Source: Camelus dromedarius (taxonomy: Eukaryota). Taken from it: a DNA stretch of 64,000 nucleotides. A program made the position numbers and the translations under genes. The notes below the pieces were generated by a model that saw only the letters and a program-made list of their open reading frames with translations, was not told the origin of the DNA and did not search any database. The stretch lies in assembly GCF_036321535.1 (NCBI RefSeq), contig NC_087437.1, forward strand, positions 78,122,001 through 78,186,000. Direction: 5' to 3'. Below are positions 37,451-51,328 of this stretch, one piece after another (position 1 is the stretch's first letter; the number at the start of each line of letters is the position of its first letter).

Positions 37451-39329
37451 TTATTGTGTACAAGCTATACTAGGTAAACAAAGTTAAGTAGGTGCTTACT
37501 AGGTAGACAAAACAAGAAAGAACTTTCAGAAGCTGCAGCTTATGAGAAAATAAGAGGTGGTTTAGGTTTTCTTTAGTTTCTTTTTTTTTTTTAATAAACA
37601 TTAGGAGCTTTTTAATAAATAGCATAGATTGGAATTATATAAGTTCTCTGAAGGCCAGAAGGCCAAGTCCCCTGCCAAGGAAATAAGAATGGATATGAAA
37701 ACTTTCTCATATAACCAAGCCTCGTATGCATACATTTAGTTTGAAGTTGATGAAAAAAGTGAAAGATACTTCCACATCACCCATTTCTAGTTAAAATATT
37801 TGTAATCTCCCATGAATATAGTATTTGAATAAAATTGCCAGTAACTATGTTGACAAGCAGTATTCAGAAGAGTTTTTTCATTTGCCCGGGAGAAATAGAG
37901 AATAAACTAAATATTGCAAAAAAGAGTAGAGAGTGAGTAGGTGGGAATGTATTTGTCCAGTTATATCATGGCATCAATGTGGCTGATTAGAACGTGTTCA
38001 AAAGAGCTGTGATAAATCAAATACATGCTTACTGAACCTATAGTCAGTCTTCACTAAACAAAAACTATTTTGTAGAATCCTTTAGATACATATTTAAAAC
38101 CCAGTGCAAGGTCATATATTATTCACACTGATTTAAAGTTGAACTTGCATTGTGACCTAGTGCTCTTCAAAAGGCACCAAAGGAGTTACAATGTTTGATC
38201 AAGCAAAGTAAATATTTGGAATTCTTTTTTAAAAGTCATAGAATCTTTGTCATTTGAAACAAGGTAATCTCAATCACTCCTACCTCTGTGATAGCAACTT
38301 AGTGCTTAGATCTGACTAATGTCTTCTCTAACCTTTTGTGAAGTGTCTGTAGGAAGATCAATCCATGGACTTCCCTTAGGAGTTAAGCCTATTGTCCAGT
38401 TGTTCAAAGTATTAAAAAATCTTTTTTTTCCCCCAAATGTAAGTTCAAAGGGACTTTTCTTTAGCTCTAGGGCACTGATCTCTTCCCTACTACATTTGGA
38501 GATTGTGAATAACTCCCTTACTTCATTTATATTTTTAACTTGAAGTTAGAGACTATGATCAAGTGTCTACTAGTCATTTTTTTGTGTGACTTCCTAGAGA
38601 GATATGGTGCCCTCTCAGTATTTCTCTACTTTTTATCAATCAACCCTTTTTGTCAGTTCGGCTACCTCTCCCCTCCAGGTTTTTCTTTCCCTTTCATTAA
38701 CCTGCGGGGGTTTGATCTGTACCACAATATCCCTTCTGATTGTCACACTAGGACTACTTGGCTCTTGCTATTCATCTGTCACGCAGCCCCTTTGTCACGT
38801 GGTCCTTGTATTGTACCTCCACCAGCTGCATGGTTTTCTTTCTCTGTAATGCTAGTGATACTCCAGAGCTGGTTAAGTGCCCACAGTCACATTCCAGAGC
38901 TACTCAGAATTATATCTCTTCCTCAGGCGGAAATTCCATTTGACCTAAGAAGGAGAGTAGAGGTGATTTCATGCTTCTAAACTTGTTCCTAAGGTTTTAC
39001 TGGGGCTACGTTTGGAGGGCTAGCAGTCTTCATTAAACATTACTTAAAGGGGAAGATTTTTTTAAAGAGCAATAAATGATTCTTTCTGAATTCTGTCTTT
39101 CTTAGATTGTCATACACTCTGAATTTAATAAATATTTATGCAACAATTTGTGAGCATATAGTATGTGCAGATCAGTGGGCCAAAGGCTGCAAGAATTAAA
39201 AATATTAGTAGAAAAGCTGTTTTTTCATTTATTTTTTAGTTGTTTTCCTGAGGATGGAAATGTATTTGGGCTGATGGAGCCACATTCCTTCCCCTCATCA
39301 ACTATGTAACCAATGCTGCAGATGTTTGA

Positions 39330-39560
39330 AAGGTATTATATACAATGGATAATAGGCAATTTAAGGAGCTATGCCTGTTCAAGTCCTGAATTCATCACTT
39401 ATTTGACTTGCTTAAATCTTTTGTTTCTCCTCTGTAAAACTGAATATGATAATAATACCTGTCATCTCATGATATGGTTGAAAGGTTGAATGAGATCATC
39501 TATGTCAAACACTTAGTGCTTCCACAAAGGAAGTGCTCAGTAGTGGTCACCATATTTATT
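39330..39560 (+). mobile_element. MIR SINE
   Basis: gtttctcctctgtaaaactgaatatgataataatacctgtcatctcatgatatggttgaaaggttgaatgagatcatctatgtcaaacacttag. Confidence 0.75.
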
Positions 39561-39779
39561 TCATGCTCACAGGGGACACTTGCTATTTGGCTGCACAGAA
39601 ATCATATATGCATCTTACATGGAGGAGATCTCAAAATAAAAAACAGCACAGGGGCCAAAAAGTCTGGCCTGGAGTGGAAAGAAAGGGGAAATAATGGCTC
39701 TGCCCACCTCCAGAAGTTACAACATTGTCTCCTAAGATTGACACAAAAACACACAACGGGTTAAAGATGAGTCTTTGTA

Positions 39780-40148
39780 CTCACAGTGGAGATTATGAAG
39801 CGGCAAAGTAGAATACTCTGCCTTAGTTGGGGGTTCTGTGCGGTTATGGCTTTGTAGGGAGATGATTTCTTGGCTTCCCCAGACTCTCATCTGCCTCTTC
39901 AATTCCGGGAGACATCCTAGTTCTGTCTGAGTTTCTGATCACTGCATGGAAGCTCTCAAAAGGCAGTTAGCTGGTGCAGTGATTGGGCTCATCTCACTGT
40001 TTTGTCTTTAAGGGATTGCTGGCCTTTATTGCCTGATGTCTAGTGTCTTGAGTGCCCTTTATTCTCGTATTTTGTCTGTGTATTTTAGATGTTTAAGGTG
40101 GGAGGGTAAATCTGTTGCCTGTTATTTTCTCTTATACTGGAAGTGAAG
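39780..40148 (-). mobile_element. L1MC/MD 5' end
   Basis: gcctgatgtctagtgtcttgag...ggtgggagggtaaatctgttgcctgttattttctcttatactggaagtgaag. Confidence 0.65.
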
Positions 40149-41040
40149 ATCTGTAATCCAATTTTAGTCAAGCACACAGATCCAAATACAGGAACTTTGA
40201 TGGGACCAGGCTAGGTACTGATGCCCTTTGTTCCTGTCTATACCCTGCAATATACTCACAAAAAAATGACATTTTTTGCATAAGAAAAGTTGGTTTCTGT
40301 TCTGTAACTCAGGAAACGAGGTTTTAAAACTGTTGAGTATGGCTTCAGTTGTGATTGCGGGGCTGTATTCCCCATTTAATTATTGGGGATCTAGAGTCAA
40401 ATTTGATTTAACAAATATTTCTTTCCAAGTATTTATCTGGCATTCTGCTCTCCTTTCTTTGCTGAAGAGAGTCGCTAGATGATTATAACTGATACATGTA
40501 TTACTAAACATCCTATTTATACCTTTTTCATAGTGATATGTTGCCTCTATAAAATTATGACATTATTTTGAACTATTGATGTTGGACATGAGAGGAGAAC
40601 TTATATCATGGGTGCCATTGGGATTCTCAATGAATGAAGTGATAAGATGACAAGGAGGAAAAAGAAGAGGGCTTCTCAGAACAAACATTTTTCAATACAA
40701 TAGTGTTTGTTTCATTGAAAAACTATGGAAGGGACTTTCTTTTCTATACTTTCCAAGTATATCCACTTGGGAGGTTAAAATGTTCATATCTTATTTCAGG
40801 AGAGGATTCTTGAAAGATACTTTGATGCTACCATAATAGTTACCTAGGATCATAATGAGGCACAACTACTGATAAGAGAATCCTGGAACTTGCTCAAAAA
40901 TCTGCAATGGCATCTTGTTTCTTAAAGAATTAAGTCCAAACTACTTGACCTGCAATACAGAGTCATCAAGATGCTGATCTTGGTGTTATACCTGGTGTGG
41001 AATTCTGACTCTTCCATTCTCAGACTATGAGGATTTTCTT

Positions 41041-41376
41041 TATATATATATATACCTTTTTTAAATTGAAGTATAATCAGTTTACAATGTTGTGTCAATT
41101 TCTGGTGTACAGCACAATACTTCAGTCATATAGGAACATGCATATATTTGTTTTGACATTCTTTTCCACTATAAGTTACTACAAGATATTGAATATGGTT
41201 CCCTGTGCTATGCAATAAAAACTTGTTTATCTATTTTATATATATTAGTTAGTATCTGCAAATCTTGAACTCCCAATTTATCCCTTCCCATCGCCTTTCC
41301 CCACTGGTAACCATAAGTTTGTTTTCTATGTCTGTGAGCCTGTTTCTATTTTAAGAAACAGGCTCATAGACATACA
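41041..41376 (-). mobile_element. Camelid-type L1 3' end with fold-back at its 5' junction
   Basis: ttttaaattgaagtataatcagtttacaatgttgtgtcaatttctggtgtacagcacaa...ggtaaccataagtttgttttctatgtctgtgag; near-identical TSD aggattttctt (41030-41040) / agggttttctt (41377-41387). Confidence 0.85.
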
Positions 41377-43499
41377 AGGGTTTTCTTAATCACTCTGCCT
41401 GTCATGTACCTTTTCTGTTAAATGGAGATCATAAGATTATGGTCAAGATAACATAAGATAAATCTCAATAAATGACATCTATTATTACTTTCATTCTTAT
41501 TTCAGAAAAATTATAAATTTTGCCAAAATGTCACTCCGTGATATGTCAAAGAATGCTTGCAAGTTCCTTACAAGGATACCTGAGGTATTCCTTGTAGTGT
41601 CAGGATTACAGTGCAAAACACGACTGTGATCTTTGTACTCCTCACTTATTTCCTTTTCTTTTTTATTTCTCATATAGAAGTTCTACCACAGTCAAGAATA
41701 TTTGCTCTGCTTTGCCTTTATTTATTCATCTCCTGCCCATTTCAGAGGTTCTTGGAACTTCGTTTCTCTAGAAGGCACTCTTTCCTCACAGCTCACCAAA
41801 ACATATCTATTTATTTCATCCAACTACTGCCTAAAATTGTATATTTTAAAGAATTCTTCACTTACTACTCAAGTTTAAGTTTACCAACTCCTGCTATTTG
41901 AAACCGATTAAATAATAAAATTATCTCATCATTCATCACTTTTAATAAATGGACTTTACTGACTTTTATTTGATGACTATTTAGTCTCCATATTTTAGCA
42001 TTTTGATCAATTATTTGGTTTATTTTAATAACAAATATTTTTATAACTAAAATAAGAAATTACTAGAGAAGAATATCTGTATACAGTGCTATTTTAAAAT
42101 AGGGTTGCAGCCCTTGGTGATTTTATTTTATTTAAGAAAAGCATTCTATTTTAAAAATTCCATTATGATTTCTTTCTATGTCTACCTCTGTATCAGAAGA
42201 TGAGTAACATTGGGAAAAAGGCTATGATGGAGCATATCCCCCTTATTTATTTAGCTATCTCTTTGTTCTTTATTTAAAGATGTATAGTTTGAAGGGAAAC
42301 TGCATTTTGACTGAAAAGTAATGTAGAATGTCCATTGCTATTTCCCATTTTTTTGTTTTCACTCAACCTCTATAGGGTAATATAGCATTTATATATTCAT
42401 AAGAATAAAATACATATGTTTTTATGAGTCTAATCCAGTTCCTCCAAATAAACAAAGCAGCAACTAGCACAAGAACAAGAGAGCTGTCTGTCTAAAGGCT
42501 AGCAGAAAGAAATGTAAAGAGTCAATTACTGTATACTCATGTCAAAACTAATACATATTTGAAAATCTGAAACCCTGCAGACTTGAAAGTGCGTGAAGTT
42601 GAATGTTTGACTGGCTTACATTTGTTTTACTTTCATCTTATGTGAATTAGGACTTTTCAAAACACAGTGTTTCCATACTCTATTTTGTATCATTTGATGA
42701 GGTGCCTTGGCTAAATCTATTAACCAGTATTCCTGACTAGCTCTCATCATGCATCTACAGAGACATGTGTTTATGGGCCACCAGCTATTTTACTGAATAA
42801 TGATCATTTTTGAAAGGTTGTATTTAAATAGACATTTTTGGTGTCAGAAGGTACTATGACATTGCTCTTCAGAGTTCTCTGTCAAAAACTAAATATTACT
42901 GAACATCTGTAATGGTATTTAAGACGTTGGCCCAGATGCCAGGGCGGTATAAAACATGACTGTTGCCTTTAGGAAATTGAAAATCTAGTTGCAGAGATAA
43001 TGGACACACATGTAAACAAGTGAAAAATGATTATTGTTATTGAATATCTACTATGTGCTAGCCACTATTCCAAGTATATAAGATATAATAATAAATAAAA
43101 TAGGCAAAGTTCATAGAATTATATTGAGTAGAAGATAATAATATTTTCAGGAAGAGTTTCACCAGTTATTTAGAAGTGAATTATGTGAATATCAACAAAA
43201 ATGCATGATTAAGAAATGCAGTATATGAACATACAAATATGTTAAATAAAACAGAATAAAATGCAGTGCTAGGGCAGGTGCATTTAAAATCTGAGATTTT
43301 AATTATCTGTAACTATTCTATGTGTGATTTATCAACTTAAATAGACCGTAAATTTAGATAAGAGGAAACTACGTCGATATAAAACAAACAGTATTTTCTT
43401 TAAATAAAGGAACTGGTTTTTGAATGTTTAATTTGATCATAAAAAATCCATTCAGAGATTCTCTAAGTCCAGCAGCCTTACCTAGGAAGTATAGTGTAT

Positions 43500-44075
43500 C
43501 AGATTTGGGACTCAAACTGATATTGGCAGATCGTTTAATCTTACAAAAGTTGCGTTTCCTTATTTGTAAAATAGAGATAATAAGGGTACCTACCATATAA
43601 AGTCATTGGGGATATTTAATGAGATAGTGGAATTTGTCAGTTTTATATATTACATATAATGAGTTCTAGTCTATGCATAAAATACCTATTAATATTATTA
43701 AGGTCTTCCATGTCTGTCTTGTAATTTGAAGATCTGAAGATCATTTTTATAATGTTCATTAAAGCCACTCTAGGCCACATGGATCTGAAACATTGCTTCC
43801 AAGAGATGAGTGTTAGGAAGAAATTGTTATTTATTATATATGAAGTAAGAAAAACAGAATCTCATCAGTTAAAAGAATAATCATTAGGTCACATCCCTAA
43901 TGGGTACTATTAATTAACCATCTTTTATGAACTAAGCATTTGTACTTAACTAATTCTGTGAGGTAATCACTACTGACCTTGGTTTAAAGATGAATAAACT
44001 GAGATTCAGAGTGCCTAGATAAATCGTCCAAAGTCACAGTGCTGAAAATGAGAAAACTGATATTTCAATCTAGTT
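43500..44075. mobile_element. Two MIRs (+ about 43500-43700; - about 43910-44075)
   Basis: gtttccttatttgtaaaatagagataataagggtacctacc; aaagatgaataaactgagattcagagtgcctagataaatcgtccaaagtcacag. Confidence 0.7.
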
Positions 44076-44109
44076 TTAACTAACTTCAAAGATCATACAT
44101 AAAATTCTG

Positions 44110-44483
44110 AATTGGAAAGTGTGATGAATATGGAGATGCATTACCTTAGTCCTTCTGATGAACAGGGTGTTGTACCAGCTGCTCCTTAAAGGACCCTTCA
44201 GTGGTGGAACAAAGGAGTTTCCAGGGTGGCCCACATTCATTGACTGATGAGACAAAGATAATTCCACTCCAGACAACTCAGATGGGCTATTTCAGTCCTA
44301 AAACTTCTTGTGTGCTTGGTTGAAGTTCTCGGCCTGCCCATATTGTAGGCTGACTTTCTTCTCAGCCTGACCTTGATTCCTCCTCTACCCTTCCACAAGA
44401 GTTGATTCCAGGAGTACTCCCTAAAATATCCTAACCACTCAGGTCAATCTCATGTTTGTTTCCTGGAGAACCCAGTTAGCAGC
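44110..44483 (+). mobile_element. ERVL solo LTR (LTR16/LTR33-like)
   Basis: ccttccacaagagttgattccaggagtactccctaaaata...atctcatgtttgtttcctggagaacccagttagcagca. Confidence 0.6.
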
Positions 44484-47400
44484 ACAGGTGGTCAATTAGA
44501 GAATGGTCTCTTGTACCCCTTGGATTACCTCTTAGTATCCCAGCTAACTTTAATTTTTATTATTTTGGAAGAGATGTAATGCTAAACTGTCAAATCGCAT
44601 GTATAAAACCCTTCAGACTACTTTCTTTTGATAGATTTTGATCTGATAAAATGAGTGACAAACTGGCAATTCTGTACTTACAGTTAATGAAATAAATTTT
44701 CTACTCTGGAATAGATAGCTTATAAAAAACTCTCTTGATAACATATTTGCAAAGTGAACAGTACTTGTCTGGTTTTAGTGTAATGGATGGACTTTTGGAC
44801 TGTGGGTTGAAAAGGCTGAGTTTTTGCTTTGCCCATTTAGGCAACTAGCTGGATGACATAGGGCAACACGACCTTCTCTTAGCCCCTTATCTCCAAAAAT
44901 AAAATGTTTTGGCCTGATTCTTTAGCTCCCTTCCAATTCCAAGAATATTTTGCTTTTTTATTTCTGGTTGATCTTCAGAATTTTTTAGCAGTAAGCCTCT
45001 CTGCTTCCTCTAGTCTTTTTATGAAGTAGTTAATGAACTGTAAACAATTACTTAAAATCACTAGTAGAGGTTTAAAGGAACCCTGCAGTGAATCATTTAT
45101 GGTGTAAATAATTACTTCCTAATTTATGTGTTGGGTAAACTTAGATTTATCTATTGGAATATGTTATTAATTCTAAGAAAATTTGACCTTTGCTAGTAGG
45201 GTAGAGGTAGCTTTTAAAAACTGTCACTCCTTGGAATGCAATTTCAAAGGTGAAAAATGGCATCATAGTGAGGTTACATTTTTATCATTTTAACATTCCT
45301 CACCAATAAAAATTCTCCAGGTTTTCTGGCTGAGAATATTATTTCCAAGTAGACTAAGATCTTTAGCGTTTCTGAACTGTATTCAACAACAGTTAGTTAT
45401 ACATGTCCTTAAAAATAGCCTTGACATCCTTAATACTCTCTGAGAACAAGGAGGTACACAGAGATTTGATTTTCACTGCTTTGGGAATAATGTACACTGT
45501 GCTTCATTTCTCCAAATAAGACTATGTAAAACTTATGTATTTTGCCAAGTTACATTGGAGGAAATATTTATTCTATCTACTAATCTGGGCTCAAGCTAAA
45601 ATATCAAAACTGATGATGCATCATGAAACATAAAAGTTTAACCAAACAAAGAATGAACAGATAATGCAGAAGAGACACCTCTGAAGGAACCGTGCTATGT
45701 GTTATGGATTATATATAAATTCAAAATTTTTAAAATTACAGTTTCCAAGATGTCTCTTGAGCACAGTGGTAGAATATAAAAATTATTGTTTGTCAAGTTA
45801 TAGGTCATCTATCTAGCCTCCAAAATCAACTCAAATAGTCTCTGGACGTGACCACCTCATCTTCTTCAAGTTCCTAGATTATCCTCATCAATATTAATTG
45901 TTTCTCTTCTCCTGTCTCATGGAACTTTGTTCTGATGTCTGTTGCATGCAACTCCTTCTCTTTCTGTTACATGTAGTTGTTTATATATTCTCTTCCCTTA
46001 CTAGATTATAAACTTTTGAGAGTAGAATTTTATTCATCTCCGAATTCATGAAATCTTATTGTACAATGATGAGAGTAAGCACAAAATAGTATTAGTTGAA
46101 AAGTGGGTTAAATCTAGTCAGAAAAATATTTCCATATTTTGCATTAACTTTTTGTTTTTAACTGTGACCTTATATAAACAAATCAAAAAGAACATAACAC
46201 AACTTTGGTGATGGAACATTTATAGCAATGAAACTTGTTCTAAAGAATGGAGAATGTCTTAAAAGTTAGAACCCAAACTAAATACGAGCATGATGTTGGA
46301 GAAGGAGTAGGAAGCATTAACTATTTTATGATAGTTGTTATTATCATGTTGTAGATGCTTTAATTCTTTATGTGTACATTTTAGAAACAAAAATCTCTAA
46401 AAGTGAAAAAAAAAATTGAAAGCACAATGAAACTCTTTGGAATTTGGCATATTGATTCTATGATTCATCTGGAAGGGTGATGAGGCAGAAATAAAAACAT
46501 ACTATTCTTTTACCTGTTCATTGAACAAGCTAAATTAGGATAAAATTAAGAGTATCTCTTTACCCAATGATTTCAATAGCTTCTTTATTTTCCTTTTCCA
46601 TCCAATATCTTGCAGATCTCTTTCATCACCAGTTGCAGAGCCAAAAATTGTCTCATTTATACATAATAAAGAATCTAGTCTCGTGCAAGTCAAAACTTTT
46701 ACTCCTCTCCCAAGTCCACCTAGTCTTACCCCACCTTTGCTCAGAATGGTGAGAGGGATAGTATCTGTTCTACTTTTGTCCACTTTTGCTAGCCTGCTTC
46801 TGACTCCTCCAGGACTGGGCAGGATTAAGGAGTATTAGCAGAAAAAGGCAATATTGGTGGTATTGGAATCTTGCAGTGGGCACCCTTTTTGTGGTAGGTG
46901 TCCATACAATGTATGTCTTGGGAGGTATTTTTATTGACTCTTCTGAGAGCCCCCTTACTAGGGAGCCCATAGTGTGTCCTTTACAAGAAGGTGATAGACT
47001 TCTTTATTAAATTTCTGTTATGCCCCTCAGCCCCTACTCTCAAATAGTGTTCACTAAAGAAATTTTATCTCCTGGGGTCCTCTTGCTTCAGCAGTCAGCC
47101 CTCTTAAGTAGGGTTATTGCAAGACTGCTTATATTCTGTTAAAATTTATAGTATCTAATTATGACCTAAGAAAACTACACATTCGTGTTACAAAATGGAA
47201 CGATATTTAATATAATATAAATTATTATGTGAAAAATATGCCCAAGATGATTTCAAACTTGTAATTAATGCATACAGATGTTTGCACACACTAGTGAAAT
47301 CATTTACTTAATATATTAAAAATCTTTAACTCTGAGATTACAAGTGGTTTTTATTTTCTCCTTTGTGATTTTCCACATTTTCCAAATTTTCTGTGATGAA

Positions 47401-47591
47401 CATTTATTGCCTTGGTAAAGAGAACAAGAGCAAATGCCTTTTTAAAAATAGCATTTTAGAGGATTTTGAAGTGAAAAACAAAGGCTATTTTAAAAGTTTA
47501 CAGTGTTGTCTGATCGAGGCAGCAACAACACCAGGAATGAAAAAGAACAGGTGATGCTAAATCATAGCTTAAAAGCAGTTTCTCTGGTGGG

Positions 47592-48039
47592 TGTAGTAGA
47601 TTAAATGCAGTCTCCCCCATATTCCCATCTACCCAGAACCTTGGAATGTGGCATTTGGAATAAAGATCTTTGTACATATAATTAAGGTAAGGAATTATGA
47701 GATGAGATCATCCTGGATTCAAATGGGCCCTAAATTCAGTGGCTGAGGCCCCTCCAGAATAAAAGAGAGGTAGACATGGAGACACTGACAGAAGTCCTGT
47801 GAAGATGGAGGCTGACACTGGAGGTATCCAGCCCCATGCCAAGAAACACCAAGGGTCACCCTCAACCTCCAGCAGCCAGGATATAGACAGTGAACAGACT
47901 CTCCCCCAGAGCCTCCAGAGGAAATGAACCTCACTGTGACACCTTGATTTTGGCCAGAACTGTGACAGAATAAATTTCTGCTGCTCTAAACCTTTAAATT
48001 TACAGAGATTTGTTACAGCAGGCCTAGGAAACTAATGTA
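47592..48039 (+). mobile_element. MLT1C/D-like MaLR solo LTR
   Basis: tgtagtagattaaatg...gagatgagatcatcctggatt...tgtgaagatggaggc...cagagcctccagagg...ccagaactgtgacagaataaatttctg...ctaggaaactaat. Confidence 0.85.
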
Positions 48040-49044
48040 GTAATAAGAGCCAAGAGCATCTCCTTTGGACGATCAGTTTCTACTTTGGATTGACTTCACA
48101 ACGTTTAAGGTAATAATCAGGAATTTGATTTATAAACACTACAACATATGGTGATCGAAAAATTAGGACTAAAAGAATTATAAAAAGGTTTGCTTTATGT
48201 TCTTTGTGCTGGCTATGCAGACATGAATAAGGGAGAAATTTAACATGTGAAAGAGGCTGTTCTCTGCTCTCTTACTATACCCTTGCATACTGTGTAGCAC
48301 ATGTTATGGATGCAGTGGGTGGCCTTTTTTGTTTTGTTTTGTTTTGCTCACTGAATTTTTTTTTTCTTTTCTTAAATCCAGAATGGCAAGTTATATCTTT
48401 TCAAGTGTTTTCTAAAAATGTGGATTGGACTCCATATGAAATATTTAAATCAGGGAGGTGCTTAAAAAAAAAAAAATCACTGCTTGCCACACTTCCAGTT
48501 CACAAGCAGAGGGAGGTAATAAACACCTGTTACTTTTAGGGCATTTCAGTGTATTGGGTAGAATAACCAAGCACATTATGAGCCACGATGATTACTTCAA
48601 AGAGATTGTTCTCCAACAATCAAGAAATCCAGGGTCCACTGGGTAGCACAACCAGAGTTCTGCAGCTTGAAATACAGTTTGCATTGAGTGAGGGATGTGA
48701 AGAGATGTAAGGCTGGTATTCAGGATGCAGTATATGAAACCCTGGGTCTCTGTTTATTTCTTTGCCCTATCATTGCCCACTCTTAACTGAAAAAGAAGAA
48801 AAGAAAAGACAGTGTAAATGGAACTTGAATTTATTGCTGTGGTTTGAGATTAATGAGACTTTAGTAAGTTATTGATATTTATTTTATTATTGATATTATG
48901 TTAATATTCCCTTTATTTTATTAATATTGGAATTATTTTAATGTGTAATTTTTGCCTTGTTTGTTGCTAAAGAAGTTCTAAGTAACTTTACAAGATTAAA
49001 AAACAGTACTGTGAAGTTAAAAAGAAATCAGAAATCCTTTAAAA

Positions 49045-49200
49045 GAGAGTTCTTAACCCTGGGTTCATAGTTTTGATCTTTGAAATCCCTGAGAGTTTAT
49101 GTTTCATTTTATGTGTATGTGCTCATTAATCTGGGGAGTGGCTTCATAACTTTGATCATGTTCTCAAAGTATTAGTAGGCCCAGAAATGTTAGGGATTGC
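49045..49200. mobile_element. hAT-Charlie MITE (MER103/MER5-like)
   Basis: gagttcttaaccctgggttcatag...tctggggagtggcttcataactttgatcatgttctcaaag. Confidence 0.55.
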
Positions 49201-50241
49201 TATTTTGGAAAGTGAAGGAAGAGCAGCGTACCAATAACCCAGAATGGTTAGTTAACATTCATTGAGTATTGGATCTGGCTTTCAGAATTCTTATAGTCAA
49301 AGTAAAACACACACACAAAAACACAAAAGCCATATATAATTTTTTTTTTTTTGTATAATAAAGAGGTACAATTTTGTTTGCAGGGATAGAATATTTTCTA
49401 ATACTGAGTTTCAGGGGAAATCAATCATATAGCTGGTTCTACAATAAATGTAGCATAATTTAATGTCCAAATATCTTTGACACAGGATTGCAAAAGATAT
49501 GAACATTTTAAATGGATGTTTCTAATGAAATAGAAGGAAAGAAAAGCTGAAGACATAGTTTACACCTTAACTGTGAAGGCATGACTGTGTGTTGGGGCAG
49601 GGGGAGTAAGTAATACAGACCAGATGTGAGAATATAGGAATATAGCTTCGGCCCAGAGAAATGGGAGTTCAACGTATCTTTCAGATGCACTTTCTCAAAT
49701 ATCAGAGAGCATGTGGTGAATGTCAGTCATTGCGTCGTTGAATTCTTTGGCACTAGCCTAAAGAGAAATTGGTTAAGGAGGGATCATTTATTCTAAGAAC
49801 TTGATATTAAAATGACAACATTTTTGGTTTGTGAAGAAGACCATATCATGATGAAGAGACCATTTAAATATGCATTGGTGTGAGTAATAGATGTGCTCCA
49901 AAACAAGACCAGAAATTTCTCAGAAGTGAATGTTTTATCTCAAATGCTTGGACAATTACTCAGTGCAGATGTTAGAATTTAAATTCAGGCCTTACTAAGC
50001 TGCCTTAAACCATTTAAATCATCATCATGGGTCTATATGTTGTTTACTTTTCACAGAAGAAAATATTGGTGGGTCCACCAGTACATTTGTAATGATTTTA
50101 TTTATATTATCTATTTAGACAATGGCAAATATTTAACAAATTAATATAGTTTTAGCATAGTTGTAGCAAGCTTTTCTTTTTCTGATGGTGTTTTATTAAG
50201 GCTGCCTTTAGTTTTTAATAGTAAATATTTAAATAAAATTT

Positions 50242-50497
50242 TTGGTAATGTAATGTATAGTATGGTGACTATAGTTAAGAATACTGTATTATACATTTGA
50301 AATTTGTTTAGAGTAAATCTTAAATGTTTTCACCACACCAAAAAAAACAAAAAGGTAACTATGTCAGGTGGTGGATGTAATTAGCCTGATTGTGGCAATC
50401 ATTTCACAATGTATCTGCATATCAAAACATCACTTGTATACTTTAAATATATACAATTTTTATTTGTCAATTATACCTCAACAAAGCTGGAAAAAAG
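50242..50497 (+). mobile_element. L1MA9/10-like 3' end
   Basis: atggtgactatagttaagaatactgtattatacatttgaaattt...ggtaactatgt...ttatttgtcaattatacctcaacaaagctggaaaaaa. Confidence 0.85.
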
Positions 50498-51284
50498 ATA
50501 TTGCACAAAATTACATATATGTAGTGTTCTGTCCAAATAACAGTTTAAATGAATATTCATATATAAACATACATATATGCATCTATGCAAATGGATAGAT
50601 ATTGAGTATTTACAGGATCATATTGAACATATCATGTTTTATAATCCAGATCAAAGTTGTGCCTCACTATAAATGTCAAAGATAGAATTGTGAGGAAAAA
50701 GATAATTTAAAAAATCACTACATTGAGAATGCCAGTATTAGTTATAATTTTGCCCCTATGTGGTTGGATAAGTTTTAGTCTATGTTTTACTCTGTCAATT
50801 TCAAAAGCAGTTGATTCAAATGTCCATAGGATAGTTAAATGATCTAGAACTGAAGAAAACTATATGAACCTGTAAAAATATTTCCAAATACATAGACAGT
50901 TTATTATTGCTATATGAACACACAGAGAACAAATTGGAATGTATTTATCCCATAAGATGAAAACCTAAATATCATTACATGAGAACATCTATGTGTTGTG
51001 CAGAGCACGTGTAACAAAAATCAGAACACGTGCAAAGTATTACTACTCAAAAATTCATAAAACTGCAAATGGAAAGGTCTTTCCCATCTCCATCTAAAAT
51101 CCTACACCCTGATGACTCCTAATAGCTGCAGGTAGTGTTTGGAAAACAATATTTGCCTCTCTCAGCTGGCAGCCATGAAAATGTGCAGAAGTTCCAACTA
51201 CTATTAAGTGTTCTTAATGACTTTGTCATCCACTGGTTACCATGGCTTCAGAACCTTGAAGTGCATATGTACCTATTCTCACAG

Positions 51285-51328
51285 ATTACTGTGATGGGAT
51301 GAACGGATCCCGCGCGGACCCTGGCAGG
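51285..51328 (+). other. Candidate 44-nt exon (YCDGMNGSRADPGR)
   Basis: Acceptor cctattctcacag, donor AGG|GTGAGG, local CpG retention (cggatcccgcgcgg), one open frame. Confidence 0.35.

Noticed and set aside
38540..38980. 146-aa ORF
   Set aside because: No recognisable homology; T-rich chance ORF, possibly within an ancient LINE remnant.
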